Below are positions 21,801 through 31,500 of a stretch of DNA of 64,000 bases, in pieces. Made by a program: the position numbers and the translations under genes. The number at the start of each line of letters is the position of its first letter. Position 1 is the first letter of the stretch. The notes under the pieces were generated by a model. It was not told the DNA's origin and searched no databases. It saw only the letters and a program-made list of their open reading frames with translations. The DNA comes from Desulfatiglandales bacterium (lineage in GTDB: Bacteria; Desulfobacterota; DSM-4660; Desulfatiglandales; HGW-15): NCBI GenBank assembly GCA_963667015.2, contig CAXXJJ010000004.1, forward strand, positions 512,001 through 576,000, given 5' to 3'.

Positions 21801-22511
21801 GCCATGTAATCTTTCCGACGCAATAGCATCAGTCATATAACGAATTACTGGATCGTTGAGACTATAACCAATAAAAAAGACAGTAAAATGGGTAAACAAT
21901 TCTGTAACAAATTTACTTGCCCATCGTTCTGTTAGATATGCAGTACCAAAATCACCACTCGTAAATATTAAATTCTCACCATTTGGATCCTCACTATCAA
22001 TGATACCATGTAGATGAACTATACTTCTCCACCTATGTGGTTTTGGTACAGGTAATTTAGGAGCAGCATCAATACATTTGTTAACGGTATTATCAGCTTG
22101 TAAAAAACCATGATCGACATTAGTAGTGACTAAACGATATTTATTATTTTCTGTTCTCGAAAGTTGTAAAATAGCTTTATGATTTGATAAATCAGCATCA
22201 TGTGAAATGGTTAGCTCTTCAATGATTGCTTTTCTAACAAGGTTCGAATCTTTTGGAGCTTTATGTATAATATCTTGCTCTAACAATCCTAATGCGCGAT
22301 CAAACAAGCCAGCTTTAATAGCCTCATCCTGAGCTTCAGTAGCTGTAATCCCAAGCTTTTCGAATACATTTTTAACCAAACCACTAAAACCTGGAAGTCC
22401 TGCGGCATATGAAACACCTGCACCACAAAAAAACACAAGTGATTTTGACTCTTGGGCTTCTAATAATTCTAAAGGAATATTTGGCGCACCTTTTGTTGTA
22501 AGAAATTTCAT
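18828..22511 (-). CDS. dsr1: SIR2-domain anti-phage protein, Dsr1-like
   Basis: MKFLTTKGAPNIPLELLEAQE..VFFCGAGVS..AGLPGF, TTNVD, HLHG, FIGYSLNDP followed by a long helical region; 1227 aa; AT-rich. Confidence 0.82.
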   Translation of the reverse strand: MKFLTTKGAPNIPLELLEAQESKSLVFFCGAGVSYAAGLPGFSGLVKNVFEKLGITATEAQDEAIKAGLFDRALGLLEQDIIHKAPKDSNLVRKAIIEELTISHDADLSNHKAILQLSRTENNKYRLVTTNVDHGFLQADNTVNKCIDAAPKLPVPKPHRWRSIVHLHGIIDSEDPNGENLIFTSGDFGTAYLTERWASKFVTELFTHFTVFFIGYSLNDPVIRYMTDAIASERLHGYKGFKQPYVAAHTSPKKSENDEKAWASKGIKPILYSYSHNNLYNTLKEWDFYIRDGLNAKERSVIKVASIAPLSPYDQDPNVMQLVDLLSEKTSANKNHITGYPAKVFSAINDPPAPIDWLPVLYENNLLSMAKEVEYLYLVASDPCEYNLLQPNKISLNLWDWLFHYLENNTLIRWIIDNGVCLHPWVKQKIATKIRDNPPNEPYLRFWKIVTSDHIFCNRNPDSYGYEYVISLERTIDKFTLSEFTKLLRPVFILRKAIDWSKKDKEYFMIQEERKPYEVEVTIALSDWMFQELRKNKNYPKEFIPLLVPSTQYLIEALDLWSFSNESDDIFDRSHWDMPSIQDHQQNTRFRHWVILIEICRDLWGVAWEYQKEIAKSIISYWRAIEYPVFRRLVFYTMTFSDVATDIEIIRYLLEDNGKWMWASETQREVFRLLAVIWPKIEEKLAIDLIEKILEGPPRNMYLKDLSHEDWRKQYNRDLWLMLSKLKSFGKDLPKNAEKELQRISSNYPRWTLSENEKDEFSFWMETGSGYEVDISVNNLFLMDTPELVEYLSNDDPQYNRGRIDSFRVGCKENQEKAIEVLNYMADTENWKGDIWHAALVGLSENIENIWGKIAPLIVNAQPELYRDESWPIAFWTKKNIVPIKCAEPEEQYFWTIFNKILDNVTDHKNEIKDAINSAINHPVGIITEALVERCGAWNLQVEGNIPEGPIRDALNQLIGIKTHPVIYGKIILASRLSYFYTIDPEWTKEKLIPLFNLETSDIAPLIWEGYLWSPRLSADLAIELKEYLMNCLKNIKKISNYPDRLIKLFAVVCLEYKDLYSRKEQRGVLLSLGVDGLVHISEMLMRNIGKDSKTADNYWKNRIQPFIKGAWPRAGEFITEKTTEHLALMLIRLDDTFEDALDFLSPFIKPVTNLSRLLTFLKPKEELIKTHPKQVFKLLTKLFTENYQWPMTSFREVLNKIVDSAPSIKEEVEYRRMDDFLIERNL

Positions 22512-22650
22512 TGTTGTATCAATATGTTATATCTAAATATGAATAGAAATTCAGTTTTTACACCCCCGCCGTTTCTGAATTTGTGTCTCAGAAGTTGGCT
22601 ATAATTACACTACATGAACAACTGGGGTCGGCCCTTGACATTGGACATTT

Positions 22651-23185
22651 TTAAAAACCCAGATTTATACTTTTCGCTATTGCCTCTAGCTGATCTGCTC
22701 CTTCAGGAGTCAACAACAAAACCAGAATACCGCAGTTGACAATAACAGTTACCCAGTAGACTGCTCTGAATTTTACTTTCTTTGACTTATGCCTCAGAAA
22801 ACTCTGTGCAATTGCCGCTCCGGGCCATCCGCCTATAAGAGAAAATATATGCAGTGTTCTTTCACCGGTTCTCCACTCCCCTGCCCTTGCAGCTGATTTA
22901 TCTGTTGCATATATGACAAAGGTTAATGCGCTTACTGCCAGGTAGTAAATCATCAGGAACGATGGCAGCTTTTTGTAAAGGATCAGGCCTATGAGGAAGC
23001 ACATGAAAAGGATGCCCAATATAAGTGCTGTAATCATCTGACCATCAGCCTTTGTAAATCCATCTTCAACAACCTGCGGAAATACCTTTGCTGCGCAAAC
23101 ACGTCCTTTCTTATCCTTTGAAAGACTGTATATTACAGAGAGTCCCTGTCTGGGCCGCTGGTGCTTTTTACTGAAGTCGTTGATG
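22651..23185 (-). pseudogene. 5'-truncated near-identical copy of the cold-shock/DUF1294 gene at 45257
   Basis: DNA similarity to 45257-45791 stops at GTCGTTGATG (23185), where a GGGGTC arm begins; the DUF1294 part is intact. Confidence 0.88.
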
Positions 23186-23232
23186 AAAAGGGGTCAAGTC
23201 TGCCCTTGACTCTTGACAGCTTCAAGCAGCGC

Positions 23233-23401
23233 AGGGACAATCCTTAAATAATCAAATATCATTTTCCCCTCTTGTTAAAATAGGATAATGGTTTTTATTT
23301 TAAAACTGGTAATAATTTATTTTGAAAGACTTGTAAGACAGTACATCTTTATATCTGAAATGAAACATTTCATTTTTAGGCTTTTTTTGTAATAAATTCA
23401 A
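23233..23401. repeat. Divergent copy of the 159-bp element
   Basis: GGGACAATCCTTAAATAATCAAATATCATTTTCCCCTCTTGTTAAAAT..AGACTTGTAAG..AATTCAA. Confidence 0.8.
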
Positions 23402-23934
23402 GAGTCTTTTTTTGATTCAAAGTTCAATATTCAAGATTATTTAAAATAGGCTGAAGCGGTTTAGGCTATAGGCTGATAAGCAAAAACAAAAGAACAGAGG
23501 TCAGATGCGGGAGATCAGAAAACAATGCTTCAGATTCAATATTCACAGCTTCGCTAAAGCTTCAGTCTGCGCATGAAGCTGCGCCTTGACAGGTCATCGG
23601 GACAGGGAAGTGGAAGGTCAGAGACCACAATATTACACTGCTATTTGGCGGAAGGTTTTTTTTGGATAACACGCTATTATAATTATATTAATTGGATTTT
23701 ATTTTGATATTTGGCGGATTTGCTGTATAATGCCCGCCAATCCGGATGCCGATTCCACGGGAAAGCGGATGGCGATTCCAAAGTTATCCGGATAAGGATT
23801 CCACGGTAATCCGGATGGTGATTCTCCGCCAAAGCGGATAAGCTACCCAGGTCAACCCGGCCAAATAATAACAAAAATAAGACGCAGAAAAAAGATGATA
23901 ATCTGTGCCCCAAATACAGAATTTGGAGGAACAG

Positions 23935-25515
23935 ATGTCAAGAAAGAGGATTACAATGAGAAAGATAAAGGAAGTTCTGCGTTTAAAATACGAAGCTGAC
24001 CTGTCATATGAGGAAATAGGTCGAAGCTGTAATATTGGTCACACCACAGTTGGAGAGTATATCAATCGGGCAAAAAAAGCGGGTTTAAAATGGCCCTTGC
24101 CGGATGAGATGGATGATAACCAACTGGAACAGTTACTATATAAACAGCCTGAGAACAAAGATCCACAAAAGCCTATACCTGACTGGAGCTATATACATAA
24201 AGAACTCAAGAAAAAGAGCGTAACGCTTTTTCTTTTATGGCAGGAATATAAGGAAACATACCCTGATGGATATGAGTACAGCTGGTTCTGCCGGAACTAC
24301 AAAGAGTGGTCCGGAAAAATAGATGTTACAATGCGATTCAATCACAGGGCTGGAGAGAAGCTTTTTGTTGATTATGCAGGTCAAACAGTACCTATTATTG
24401 ACAAAAATACCGGAGAGATAAAAGACGCCCAGATATTTGTTGCAACCATGGGAGCCAGTAATTACACATACGCTGAAGCAACCTGGAGCCAATCTCTTCC
24501 CGACTGGATATCATCTCATGTCAGAGCATTTAAGTTTCTGGGTGGAGTTCCTGAGATAATAGTCCCTGACAATCTCAAATCAGGAGTTGATAAATCCTGT
24601 AGATATGAGCCTGATATTAATCCTACGTATCACGCAATGGCATCACATTACAGGTGTGCTGTTATACCTGCCAGAGTTAGAAAACCAAAGGACAAGTCCA
24701 AGGTGGAAACAGGGGTAAAGATAGTTGAACAGTGGATACTGGCGAGGCTGCGCAATATTAAATTCTTCAGTCTGTATGATCTCAACTCAACAATAAAAAA
24801 TCTGCTTAAGGATTTAAACACCAGACCTTTTCAGAAACTTCCCGGGACAAGGCAGTCAACCTTTGAGGAACTGGACAAACCGGCCTTAAAGCCATTACCT
24901 CTTGAACCATATACCTACGCAGAATGGAAAATAGTAAGGCCTGGCCCTGATTACCACATTGAGGTTAAGGGATATTATTACTCTGTCCCGTATCAGCTTG
25001 CTGGAAGAAAAATGGATGCCAGGATCACGCAAAATATTATTGAGGTACTTTACAAGGGAAAACGCGTAGCCAGCCACAAGCATGATCCCGCAATAAGATT
25101 TACCACACTTCCTGAACATATGCCTGAGGCTCACAAAAAACATGCTGAATGGACACCCCAGAGGATTATCGACTGGGCAGCTAAAACAGGTAAATCCACT
25201 GCCAGGACAGTAGAGGTTATTATGGGAAGCAGGATGCATCCTCAACAGGGTTTCAGGTCCTGCCTTGGGATAATAAGTCTTGGCAAAGATTACACACAGG
25301 AAAGATTGGAGGCCGCCTGTTCAAGAGCTCTGGCGATTGGAAGCCCCTCGTATAAAAGCATCCGCGCCATCCTTGAGAAGGGCCTTGACAGGCTGCCCCC
25401 TCAAAAAGAAGGCCCGCAACAGACCTCTTTTATAACTCATTCTAATATCAGAGGTCCTAAATATTATCAAACTAAAGAAGGAGAAAATACTTATGCTGAT
25501 TCATCCGATTATTGA
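23935..25515 (+). CDS. istA: IS21 transposase
   Basis: N-terminal HTH; FVDYAG, VPDNLKSGV and PKDKSKVE DDE core; GGAGG RBS. Confidence 0.95.
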   Translation: MSRKRITMRKIKEVLRLKYEADLSYEEIGRSCNIGHTTVGEYINRAKKAGLKWPLPDEMDDNQLEQLLYKQPENKDPQKPIPDWSYIHKELKKKSVTLFLLWQEYKETYPDGYEYSWFCRNYKEWSGKIDVTMRFNHRAGEKLFVDYAGQTVPIIDKNTGEIKDAQIFVATMGASNYTYAEATWSQSLPDWISSHVRAFKFLGGVPEIIVPDNLKSGVDKSCRYEPDINPTYHAMASHYRCAVIPARVRKPKDKSKVETGVKIVEQWILARLRNIKFFSLYDLNSTIKNLLKDLNTRPFQKLPGTRQSTFEELDKPALKPLPLEPYTYAEWKIVRPGPDYHIEVKGYYYSVPYQLAGRKMDARITQNIIEVLYKGKRVASHKHDPAIRFTTLPEHMPEAHKKHAEWTPQRIIDWAAKTGKSTARTVEVIMGSRMHPQQGFRSCLGIISLGKDYTQERLEAACSRALAIGSPSYKSIRAILEKGLDRLPPQKEGPQQTSFITHSNIRGPKYYQTKEGENTYADSSDY

Positions 25516-26242
25516 TCAACTCAAATCTTTAAGACTAAATGGTATGGCTCTCACACTTCAGGAACAGATGCAAATGACGGATATTGAATCCCTTTCCTTT
25601 GAAGAGCGTCTGGGGCTTATTGTAGATAGAGAAGCCACATACAGGGAAAACCGAAGACTCAAAACACGGCTTAAAAAAGCAAAACTGAGACAGAATGCCT
25701 GCGTAGAGGATATTGACTTTAAGCACCCAAGGGGCCTGGATAAATCCTTGATGGCAAAACTCTTTTCCTGTGACTGGATAAAAAGCGCCAATAATCTCAT
25801 TATCACAGGACCTACCGGAACAGGCAAAACCTATATCGCCTGTGCGCTCGCCCAAAAGGCATGCAGAGAAGGTTACACTGTGCAATATATCCGGACACCC
25901 AGGATCTTCCATGAACTATTTATTGCAAAGGGAGATGGTAGATATGGAAAAATTATGAGAGACTTTGCAAAAACAAATCTTCTGCTTTTTGATGACTGGG
26001 GTCTTGCTAAAATGACCGATGAAAGCAGACGTGATTTACTGGAAATACTGGAAGACAGAAACTCCATATCTTCCACCATGATCACGAGCCAGTTCCCTGT
26101 TGATACATGGCATGACTTGATAGGTGATCCTACTCTCGCTGATGCCATTCTAGACAGGTTGGTTCATTCCGCTTATAAAATAGAATTAAAAGGAAATACC
26201 ATGAGAAAGAAAAAGTCTACATTGACTAAATCTGAAAATTAG
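25493..26242 (+). CDS. istB: IS21 helper AAA+ ATPase
   Basis: GPTGTGKT, LLLFDDWG, ADAILDRLVH. Confidence 0.95.
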   Translation: MLIHPIIDQLKSLRLNGMALTLQEQMQMTDIESLSFEERLGLIVDREATYRENRRLKTRLKKAKLRQNACVEDIDFKHPRGLDKSLMAKLFSCDWIKSANNLIITGPTGTGKTYIACALAQKACREGYTVQYIRTPRIFHELFIAKGDGRYGKIMRDFAKTNLLLFDDWGLAKMTDESRRDLLEILEDRNSISSTMITSQFPVDTWHDLIGDPTLADAILDRLVHSAYKIELKGNTMRKKKSTLTKSEN

Positions 26243-26598
26243 GTAAATTTGTTGACGTTGGCGTCTTACGTTTTATCTTTTTGTTATTTTTTTTAGCTGC
26301 GCTATCCGCTTTGCCGTGGAATAGCCATCCGTTTTAATATGGAATCATTATCCTGATTCCTGTGGAGTAGTTAACCGGATTCCGGGGAATACACAGATTT
26401 GCTGATATTGGCATTTCCGCCAATAGCAAATATTCATGATGAATTTTAATTAAGGGAATCAGCGGTGGTACTTCATTTAAAGGGTCACCCATTAAAGGGT
26501 ATGTCAAATCTGCCTTTGACTCTTGACAGCTCCCCAAAATCAGTTATCAGTGAACAAAACCTGGATTCAATATTCGGCTGTCTGAGCCTCTAATTATT

Positions 26599-26946
26599 TC
26601 AGAACAAGATTTTTCTTCTCATTTTCAGGAATGTCAAACCCTCTACAGTAAAAGCAAAAACCAGGATTTCTTTCAGGCCGATTGAGGGTATTTCTAAGGC
26701 ACCTAAGGCTTTAATATTTTGAACCCAGTGTTCAAGGGGTAAAAATCCAAAATAAGAAGCAAAAACCAGAATGAGACAGGCAGCAGGCACAAATATACAA
26801 ACTGACAGTTTTAAAATACTGTTTTTTGTATGCAAGGCATTTTCGAGTTGTTTGAGTATGCTGTACTGGCGCAGCAATCTATGTTTCCACTCTTCACCAT
26901 GTGAGGGTTTGTTTAATAGAGTGCGTAGAGTGGGACAATCCTTTCA
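26599..26946 (-). pseudogene. Orphan, 5'-damaged paralog of the putative anti-sigma gene at 10195
   Basis: WKHRLLRQY..QLENALH..SYFGFLPL..IGLKEILVFA aligns with the 10195 protein; no in-frame ATG and no adjacent sigma gene. Confidence 0.65.
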
Positions 26947-27317
26947 TAATTTAATAACTTCTTATCAACTTAATTTTAAAAGAGCGTCCCGCTCTAAGCT
27001 ATATATCTTTTAATATGTCAACTTAATTTATTATTTAAGGACGTCCCTGTTTACTTGATAGTTACCTCCTGAGATTAATGGTTTGAAAACCTGACACTGT
27101 TTCTTTTGTTGTTTTTATTCATTTTTGAGTGCTATTCAGCCATTTGGTAAATCTGGCAACGCTGCCATTTTTACCAAATAGCATGTTATGCCTGTCAGAA
27201 GAGTTTTGATATTTTGAGGTATTGTCCCCTGGCCTTCCATAGCTTTGCCGGTTTCACCTTTAAAAACTTGCCAATAGTCAAAGGCAGATCTGTCCCCTAT
27301 GTTTTCATAATAAGCCC

Positions 27318-27345
27318 ATGAGCTAATAGGAGACTTGACCCCTTT
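27318..27345. repeat. 28-bp inverted repeat, left copy
   Basis: ATGAGCTAATAGGAGACTTGACCCCTTT is the reverse complement (27/28) of 31501-31528. Confidence 0.92.
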
Positions 27346-27473
27346 TTTACTCCAGATGGAAAAAGATGGAAATGGTAATATCTAATGCAATGAACATCGT
27401 GGCAGCCCTTGACAGCCGGCTTTCGAATACGCCATGGGTAGAGTAAAAATAATCGTGAAAGAAAAAAATGAAG

Positions 27474-28241
27474 TTAGAAGTAAGAAGACGAACTTGAGTT
27501 GGTACTCTTTTGTTTTTTCTCTTCCTTAATTCTTATTTGCTTGATAAATTGATGTAATGATGCATTTAACTCACTAGGTGTTTTAATTAGTAGTCTCGGG
27601 TTACTTTTTAATAATGGTTTAGGAAGTAGCTTTTCGGTTTTTAAAAGGATGCCAATTTCAGCAGCATTCAAAAAACAGAGGTCAGATTCGGAATCTCCAA
27701 ACGCTATTTTAATTCCATAATTCTTAAGGATTTTTTCAATTATCTGTTTTTTTCTTTCTTTTGGACCGCTATTTTTTAAAATTGTACCATTGTATTTTCC
27801 TGAGTGATCTACTGCAAATTCTAGTGACCCAATTACCTTAAACTTCATTTTTTCTCCATATGCCATAAGTGGTTCTTGAGGCGCACCACTTATTACAAAA
27901 GATTCTATTCCGATGGTATGCAATAAAGTGATTGCTCTTTCTCCAAACTCATATAAAAACTCAAAATCATATTCAACAAATTCAGTAGCAATATCAAGGA
28001 AATCACTTCTCGATTTACCCTTTATATATTCCGCCATATTAAGAGTGATATAGTCACAGAATTCTGGATATGAAAAAGCTCCTGATTTTAACGCATCAAA
28101 AGCATTATCCATTTTGTGGATGCAAGTATCACTTAACTGATTGAAACTATTTAAATATCTGCACCACCGGTCAATAAGGAATCCTCGTGAAATGGTGTGG
28201 TCCCAATCAAAGATTGCTACTGGCTTTTTATCATCATTCAT
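27474..28241 (-). CDS. HAD-superfamily phosphatase (HAD-IB-like)
   Basis: FDWDHT (motif I), ISGAP (II), K (III), FGDSESD (IV). Confidence 0.88.
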   Translation of the reverse strand: MNDDKKPVAIFDWDHTISRGFLIDRWCRYLNSFNQLSDTCIHKMDNAFDALKSGAFSYPEFCDYITLNMAEYIKGKSRSDFLDIATEFVEYDFEFLYEFGERAITLLHTIGIESFVISGAPQEPLMAYGEKMKFKVIGSLEFAVDHSGKYNGTILKNSGPKERKKQIIEKILKNYGIKIAFGDSESDLCFLNAAEIGILLKTEKLLPKPLLKSNPRLLIKTPSELNASLHQFIKQIRIKEEKKQKSTNSSSSSYF

Positions 28242-28243
28242 AA

Positions 28244-28933
28244 TTATCTATTTCTAGAATAACATTCAGGTTGTTTAACCGCTTGAAGCCTATCAAATAA
28301 CTTTTGTCTTTTAATTCTCATAATATTTAATGTGTTTTTTTGGATATTTTTATTTTGTAATATTTTTTTTAAAACATCAGTTATATGTGAGTTATTTTTT
28401 AAAAGTAATCCGGTCTTAAAAGCGGCTATCAAATAACATTCTAAATATTTCTCTGGTAAATCTAACAATGATCCAAGTAAATTTTCTTTTTTAAAAATAA
28501 ATATATCTTTGAAAATATTCAATTTAATAATGTCCTTTATTTCTAGGTTTTCGTCTAAAACAGCATATTCTTTCATCAACTCAGGAGGAATTATATCTTT
28601 TTTTGTAACAAGTAGAGCATCAATATCGCTTGGCCCAACGATCAGCTCTTCTTTTTGTTTGTTTCCAACTTTTTTTATTGAAAACGAGAAGTTAGACTCG
28701 CGACCAACAATATAAGATCCCCATAACAATATACAATCCATACTTGCTTCATTAGACTTAAACCATTGGACAATGCGCAGTAGATCTGAAGGTAATTTTG
28801 CAGTGCAGCCAGAAAAAGCTAAATTAATATGTCTAATCCTATGTTGGTCCGGCAATGCAATAATTTTTTCATGCCTTATCAGGTGCTCAATTAAAAGCTT
28901 TTTGAAATTTACTTTTGACCATTTTAAATCCAT
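28244..28933 (-). CDS. Putative pol-beta-fold nucleotidyltransferase
   Basis: ILLWGSY...SDIDALLV (GS...DxD) with a longer than usual spacer; third Asp candidate in FKDIFI. Confidence 0.6.
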   Translation of the reverse strand: MDLKWSKVNFKKLLIEHLIRHEKIIALPDQHRIRHINLAFSGCTAKLPSDLLRIVQWFKSNEASMDCILLWGSYIVGRESNFSFSIKKVGNKQKEELIVGPSDIDALLVTKKDIIPPELMKEYAVLDENLEIKDIIKLNIFKDIFIFKKENLLGSLLDLPEKYLECYLIAAFKTGLLLKNNSHITDVLKKILQNKNIQKNTLNIMRIKRQKLFDRLQAVKQPECYSRNR

Positions 28934-28948
28934 TTTAATAATAAACCG

Positions 28949-30106
28949 TCAATTTATGATTCCAATAGCTGGAAATCGTTCATAAAAATCTGGGCAAGAT
29001 ATCTTAATCGATTGCTCTTTTAATGTTTCGATTATTTTATAATAATAAAATAATGAGTTAGCTTCCTTATTTCTTATTTGAAATTGCTTGTCTGTTTGTG
29101 GGGTGAAAAGGTTAAGTCCAATAGAATTTATTTTATCGGAAAATAATTGAATCATCTCATAAAAACCATGAAGTGAATCTAGGCCGGCGATATAGTTTAT
29201 TCTTATTTGGCAAAAACCTTTTTGTTTTGCAGCGTTTAATATACTGTAAACTTTCTCAACCTTAAGGCCTTTGTATGAACTCATAATTTTATCTCTGTTT
29301 TCATAGCATTCAAATGTGTAACAAAAATCATCACCATCTACAATATCATAAAACTCGCTTATTTGAGTTGGATTCCTTATTTCCTGTGCTAAGGCAGTAT
29401 ACTTCCCACTAAACCCATTTAGGCGTAAAGCTTCTTTAAGCCTTTTACAATAATCGAGGTATGTATTAGTGTTGCCAAATAATTCTGTAGCTAATAGTAC
29501 ATGTTTTGCATTTGAGATAAAGTCTACCCCATAAACATTTATAGTCCTATCTATCAATTCATTAATTGTCCAACGTTTCCGATTAATCGTTTCTTCCTTT
29601 GTTGGAAGATGATAGCAACGATGGCAAAAGACACAATTTCCAGGGCATCGCCCCGTATTTAAAGGATTGAACCTAATAAAGTCAAAGGAGTATATACCGT
29701 TCTTCTGTGGAAAATAGAAACCATTATTCCGATCATTTTCATTATGACTAACTGGGTAGAGTTTGATATCAAGAGGCCATTTATCTAGATAAAGTTCATT
29801 CTTTACTAGTGAGAACGGAGTTTGTTTTTGTTGTTGTAGGATCACTTTAATTACTTTCGATTCAAATCTTAAGGAAACTTCTTTATATCTAATCAAGCCT
29901 TGCCTCGAACCTTTTCTATGCATTGCATATAATACCGGGTTCTCGTTTTCTATTGCCAAACCATTAATTTGTACAAATGTTACTATAAGGTTAATGTAGT
30001 CATCATAAGGTAATAATGACACAAGACTGACAAACTCTTGATAAAAATGTTTTTCCATAAATAAATCAAGTTGTACTATAAAATCTTCTCCCCATTCATT
30101 TATCAA
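28949..30106 (-). CDS. Radical SAM protein with about 150-aa N-terminal extension
   Basis: CPGNCVFC; YTFEC and NYIAGLD barrel strands. Confidence 0.82.
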   Translation of the reverse strand: MINEWGEDFIVQLDLFMEKHFYQEFVSLVSLLPYDDYINLIVTFVQINGLAIENENPVLYAMHRKGSRQGLIRYKEVSLRFESKVIKVILQQQKQTPFSLVKNELYLDKWPLDIKLYPVSHNENDRNNGFYFPQKNGIYSFDFIRFNPLNTGRCPGNCVFCHRCYHLPTKEETINRKRWTINELIDRTINVYGVDFISNAKHVLLATELFGNTNTYLDYCKRLKEALRLNGFSGKYTALAQEIRNPTQISEFYDIVDGDDFCYTFECYENRDKIMSSYKGLKVEKVYSILNAAKQKGFCQIRINYIAGLDSLHGFYEMIQLFSDKINSIGLNLFTPQTDKQFQIRNKEANSLFYYYKIIETLKEQSIKISCPDFYERFPAIGIIN

Positions 30107-30875
30107 TCCCTTTATCTCCTATTGCATATATTTGGTAACCATATAAGATCCTATCTTGAGTACTTAAATGTTCTTCTAATCTACACAGTTCTTTAATATC
30201 TTTCTCTGTAAAATTTGCTCTATTTGTTGTTGGTGCTATATCCATAACAAATTTTTTGTGTTCTTTATTCTCATTTAGTCTTTCAGAAACAGTAAATACA
30301 CCCCTTCCGCCGTATTCAATGATATCTGCTTTTATAAGACCCATTAAAGAATTAAGATTGTATTCGTAATGACCAGATGAGTCTTTTGAGTAAATATGGT
30401 AAAAAGCACTGCTTCGAACATAATTAGGCACCTCAATATGGACAAATCTTTTCGAACATCTTGCCATTTCTTTGATTAAAATCTCTTGCTCATATTTTGG
30501 GTAATGTTCTATTAATCCAACTGAAAATATATACTCAAAAGATTTCGTAAAAAAAGGTAATGAGAAGGAATCTGCTTTTAATACTTTTACACTTGAGTTG
30601 AAATATTTACATAAAAGTCTAGTGAATTTGAGGCTTACATTAGAATAGTCCAAAGCATAACAATCAAAACCAAGTTTATTTAGCATATGTATTGTTAGAG
30701 ATCCTCCACATCCAACCTCTAAAATAGTAGAACCAGGGGGTAGTAGATTAACGATACAATTACACATAAGTGTTTGGATATAGAACTTGATAGGTAAAAT
30801 GTTCTCGAGTTTAATCGCCTTTTTTAGCCCATTTTTTGACTGTAAAAATTGCCGATATAAATATTCCATATTCAA
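30096..30875 (-). CDS. Class I SAM-dependent methyltransferase
   Basis: ILEVGCGG, ALDYS, ADSFSLPF, FSVGLIEHY, EVPN. Confidence 0.9.
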   Translation of the reverse strand: MNMEYLYRQFLQSKNGLKKAIKLENILPIKFYIQTLMCNCIVNLLPPGSTILEVGCGGSLTIHMLNKLGFDCYALDYSNVSLKFTRLLCKYFNSSVKVLKADSFSLPFFTKSFEYIFSVGLIEHYPKYEQEILIKEMARCSKRFVHIEVPNYVRSSAFYHIYSKDSSGHYEYNLNSLMGLIKADIIEYGGRGVFTVSERLNENKEHKKFVMDIAPTTNRANFTEKDIKELCRLEEHLSTQDRILYGYQIYAIGDKGIDK

Positions 30876-31385
30876 TTAGTTGTTTTCTTTGTTATTTGAG
30901 CGCCTATAGCTGAGCCATTTCATGCTTAAATTATCCCATATTTCTTGGAATTTTTTTTCATATTTAGATAACTCCTCATGTTTAAGATCATTATCGTTTA
31001 GACCAGATAAATAGAAGCCATATTCATCTCTTAATCTACGAAATTTATATTCAGCTTCTTCATGTTCAATCCAGAATAGACGAAAGTTGAAGAATGGCTC
31101 TAAGCCGTTAAGGACTGTTATTACAGCACCAAGTATAAATGCTATCATCTTAAATGTTTCCTCATAACATTGGTTTTTAAAACCTAGGAAGATCGTTATT
31201 AGGCCAGCAAATATAATGGTTGCTATTTTAATTAGTGAAGAAGTCTTTTTAAATTTGTTAGATTTGGATTCTACCCTTTTTATTGAATCTTCTATACGTT
31301 TGGAAAGCCAATCAGATTTTTCGCGCAGGGTATTCTCTGTCCCAACTGCATGTGACTCACGTGATTGATTTTTGTTATCGTCCAT
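30876..31385 (-). CDS. SLATT/DUF4231-like two-TM effector protein
   Basis: N-terminal helix, two adjacent TM helices, then FFNFRLFWIEHEEAEYKFRRLRDEY helical tail. Confidence 0.72.
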   Translation of the reverse strand: MDDNKNQSRESHAVGTENTLREKSDWLSKRIEDSIKRVESKSNKFKKTSSLIKIATIIFAGLITIFLGFKNQCYEETFKMIAFILGAVITVLNGLEPFFNFRLFWIEHEEAEYKFRRLRDEYGFYLSGLNDNDLKHEELSKYEKKFQEIWDNLSMKWLSYRRSNNKENN

Positions 31386-31500
31386 TTTTTGACCTCTCTG
31401 TCTTATTCTTTACGTTAAAAATTATTTATTTTTACTATTCGTTAGATTTACCTTATACCGCTGTTTTTAAAAAATATAGAAACCACTAGTAAAGGGGTCT

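Larger units (their letters stand above)
23724..26395 (+). mobile_element. IS21-family insertion sequence
   Basis: TG..CA ends (TGTATAATGCCCGCCAATCCGG / CCGGATTCCGGGGAATACACA); repeated subterminal ATCCGG/ATTCC motifs; 7-bp TSD GATTTGC at 23717-23723 and 26396-26402. Confidence 0.93.

Noticed and set aside
23733..23845. Short repeat array resembling iterons or CRISPR
   Set aside because: These are the multiple subterminal transposase-binding repeats of IS21, mirrored at about 26300-26390
23188..27342. Tn3-family transposon suggested by GGGGTC ends
   Set aside because: No Tn3 transposase or resolvase, no 38-bp TIR consensus and no evident 5-bp TSD; a MITE-like origin of the arms cannot be fully excluded
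28949..30106. Prokaryotic viperin
   Set aside because: CPGNCVFC context, lack of a GGEP motif and the long N-terminal extension do not match viperins as I recall them; kept as a generic radical SAM
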